A stretch of DNA of 64,000 nt from positions 1-64,000 of the IMG/VR virus record IMGVR_UViG_3300028883_000005, one strand, 5' to 3'. Shown in pieces: positions 62,003-64,000 of this stretch (its first letter is position 1; each line of letters opens with the position of its first letter). The notes under the pieces are model-generated. The model was not told the origin of the DNA. It saw nothing but the letters and a program-made list of their open reading frames with translations, and searched no databases. This DNA is from a virus. A program made the position numbers and the translations under genes.

Positions 62003-64000
62003 TCCTAATCTCCTCTTCTAAACTTATAATTTTGATGTTTAAAAATTCTATTGCAGAGGCTAAATCTTGACAGAACACATCTGTAGCTCTGTGGGCACCA
62101 AAGGACAAGCCTATAGCAGATTTCAATGCAAAATAAGGTTTACCATCAGGATCTAACAAAGTTTCCTTAGTTTTCTTATTTTTAGTTGTAAACCAATCAG
62201 GAAGAGAATTATCATCTATAATACGAAACCCTGTTCTTTCATCATATTCTGAAGAAGGTCTTATAGAACTTATCACAGATAAGTCATCTATATGTTCTAT
62301 CAACCCATTAGTCTTTCTCCTCTCGTCCAAATAAGGGATATCTGCAACATTTTGAAAATCATCTGCATAAATATCATCTGCAGCTTTGGCGGCGGTGAAC
62401 ACATCTAAAACTTTATGAGATGAAGGCCAAATTTCCTCACTCCCGTCTGCCAACTTATAAAAATCTATTTGTAGGCCACCATCCCCGGCGACATGGTTTC
62501 TTAAATCTATTCTAAATCTAGAATACGAATCGTTTTGTAAAATCTCTAGAGAAGCAGATTGCGTACCGTAATCTTCATCTAAAAGATCTAATGTTATATT
62601 GCTCCTTGCTGCCATAAAAGCAGTAGAGAATCTGTTTCCTAAATAAAAACCATTACCCATCATTAGTTGAGTTACATTATCTGCCTCCGGCTCTAAAATA
62701 AAACGATTGCCGTCTGTATCTGCCCCCATAATTGTAGAGTAAGAGGTTCCATTGAAAAGAATTTTTCCGGGGTCACTATCATTTCCTTCCAATGTTATAT
62801 CCGCCCCATCTGCGATTACTAAGCCTTCAGGTTGATTAACCGTTAAAACTGCATTATCTAAATCAAAAGACAAATTTCCGTTTGTGGACTCCAAAACTCC
62901 TGAAATCAGCTTATCTGCAGACAGATATTTTACATGTTGATCTAAAACAGATAAATTCTTTATATAAGCTGAACCTATTACCTGATTAGCAGTGGCCGTC
63001 CAGGCCATAGTGTGTGTTCCACTATTATTGGTAGCAATTATAAAGTCCCCTTCATCTAGTGAAGGTTCTGTGGCGGCCGCAGAATAACTACTGTCTCCGT
63101 TATTCCACCAAACATAAGCTAAGTTAGTATTTCCTGCGGCAATTGTATATTCTGTACCATTATAATAAAGTTTGTGCTCTGTCCAAGAAATATAACCTGC
63201 AGACGGGTCATCGTCTGCCCAAGCATCGTCTACTAATACAGGTATTTCGGTGAAAGCACCACTCAGCTGAGCTATGTCTGAAATTGCGGTGGAGGGTAGG
63301 TAAATAGAACCTGTGGTGTCGTTATCATCTGCAGCACTACTCTCATTTCCAAAAGTATCTACCGCTTTAACTTCAAAATAAAGGTCGGCTCCAGAAGGAT
63401 AACTCTCAGCCTGTGAGTCCGTTAAAAAAACAAATGCCCTTCTATCGTATTTATCATTTTCTATCCAACTTCCCCACCCTTCAGATTCTACTTGGAATCT
63501 GTACTCATAATGATCAAGGTCTCTTTCTGATCCTAAATTCCATTGGTATGCTAAACCATTCATATAAGGTGTAGAAGATAAACCATCAGGAGTGGCGGGT
63601 GCGGCATTTGTGAAAGTTACCACAGAAGATACAGATTCATCTAAGCTTCCCATCTCCACCGCTGCTATTCTAACTTTAACAGAGTTGGAAGGGGCACCGC
63701 TGTTATCTGAAACATTTTGCTCGTATGTATAAACATAATTATTTACAAAGGAGTCTACCTTTTTAGGAACTTCTATACTACGCAGAACTGCTGTTTCCCC
63801 AGAATTTAAAAACTCTAATCTCACATGAGATAATGTTATGATCTCAGGTTCAGTCCAAGAAATATCTAGATCTCTACTAGCCCAGGTTTGATTGCCTGTA
63901 TCTGTGCATTCTATGTCTGTTACGGCTTCAATTCCATCGCCTTCGATCGTTACTGTTTCAGAACTTGTCCAATCAGAAAGCATTCCATAAACGCTTTCTG
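61989..64000 (-). CDS. Tail fibre / host-specificity protein (partial) with Fn3-like domains and probable C-terminal chaperone domain
   Basis: Frame is open to the window end; EVKAVDTFGNES Fn3 motif, LSADKLISG, C-terminal coiled coil. Confidence 0.75.
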   Translation of the reverse strand, partial: ESVYGMLSDWTSSETVTIEGDGIEAVTDIECTDTGNQTWASRDLDISWTEPEIITLSHVRLEFLNSGETAVLRSIEVPKKVDSFVNNYVYTYEQNVSDNSGAPSNSVKVRIAAVEMGSLDESVSSVVTFTNAAPATPDGLSSTPYMNGLAYQWNLGSERDLDHYEYRFQVESEGWGSWIENDKYDRRAFVFLTDSQAESYPSGADLYFEVKAVDTFGNESSAADDNDTTGSIYLPSTAISDIAQLSGAFTEIPVLVDDAWADDDPSAGYISWTEHKLYYNGTEYTIAAGNTNLAYVWWNNGDSSYSAAATEPSLDEGDFIIATNNSGTHTMAWTATANQVIGSAYIKNLSVLDQHVKYLSADKLISGVLESTNGNLSFDLDNAVLTVNQPEGLVIADGADITLEGNDSDPGKILFNGTSYSTIMGADTDGNRFILEPEADNVTQLMMGNGFYLGNRFSTAFMAARSNITLDLLDEDYGTQSASLEILQNDSYSRFRIDLRNHVAGDGGLQIDFYKLADGSEEIWPSSHKVLDVFTAAKAADDIYADDFQNVADIPYLDERRKTNGLIEHIDDLSVISSIRPSSEYDERTGFRIIDDNSLPDWFTTKNKKTKETLLDPDGKPYFALKSAIGLSFGAHRATDVFCQDLASAIEFLNIKIISLEEEIRNARK

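Noticed and set aside
1-64000. Stop-codon reassignment
   Set aside because: Conserved genes are full length in the standard code and end in TAA, TAG and TGA; the split genes have their own starts and are not separated by single in-frame stops.

Overview
This 64 kb window looks like a segment of a large, probably lytic dsDNA tailed phage genome. No rRNA, tRNA, CRISPR array, integrase or transposase was found. All calls come from reading motifs by eye; no database searches were run. Layout: (1) 1-3320, minus strand: terminase large subunit (partial), a candidate small subunit and small ORFs. (2) 3320-5460: repeat-rich divergent control region. (3) 4016-13558, plus strand: small early genes under a family of sigma70-like promoters. 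(4) 13670-48277, plus strand: replication, recombination and DNA modification. This includes an SF2 helicase, primase, an initiator-like protein, DnaB, beta clamp and loader, UDG-fused PolA, SSB, RecA, a 5' exonuclease, resolvase, ligase and a split SbcC with SbcD. It also includes a 7-deazaguanine pathway: QueD, QueE, FolE, a second QueD-like protein, a radical SAM enzyme, a glycosyltransferase and a DpdA-like transglycosylase; no QueC was seen. (5) 48261-64000, minus strand: glycosyltransferase/sulfotransferase/methyltransferase island, lysis genes, four signal-peptide proteins and a tail-fibre gene. Best candidates for undescribed biology: (a) a DpdA that lacks its N-terminal barrel segment, plus four dispersed small paralogous ORFs (M-x-x-F-[LF]-A ... 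[RM]-L-x-[ST]-[FY]) that look like that missing segment, suggesting a split DNA transglycosylase with interchangeable subunits; (b) a promoter-proximal 28-bp hairpin/pseudoknot RNA before the initiator-like gene, whose loop is antisense to the ribosome-binding regions of several other phage genes; (c) a ~60-bp dyad-containing element present in five dispersed copies.
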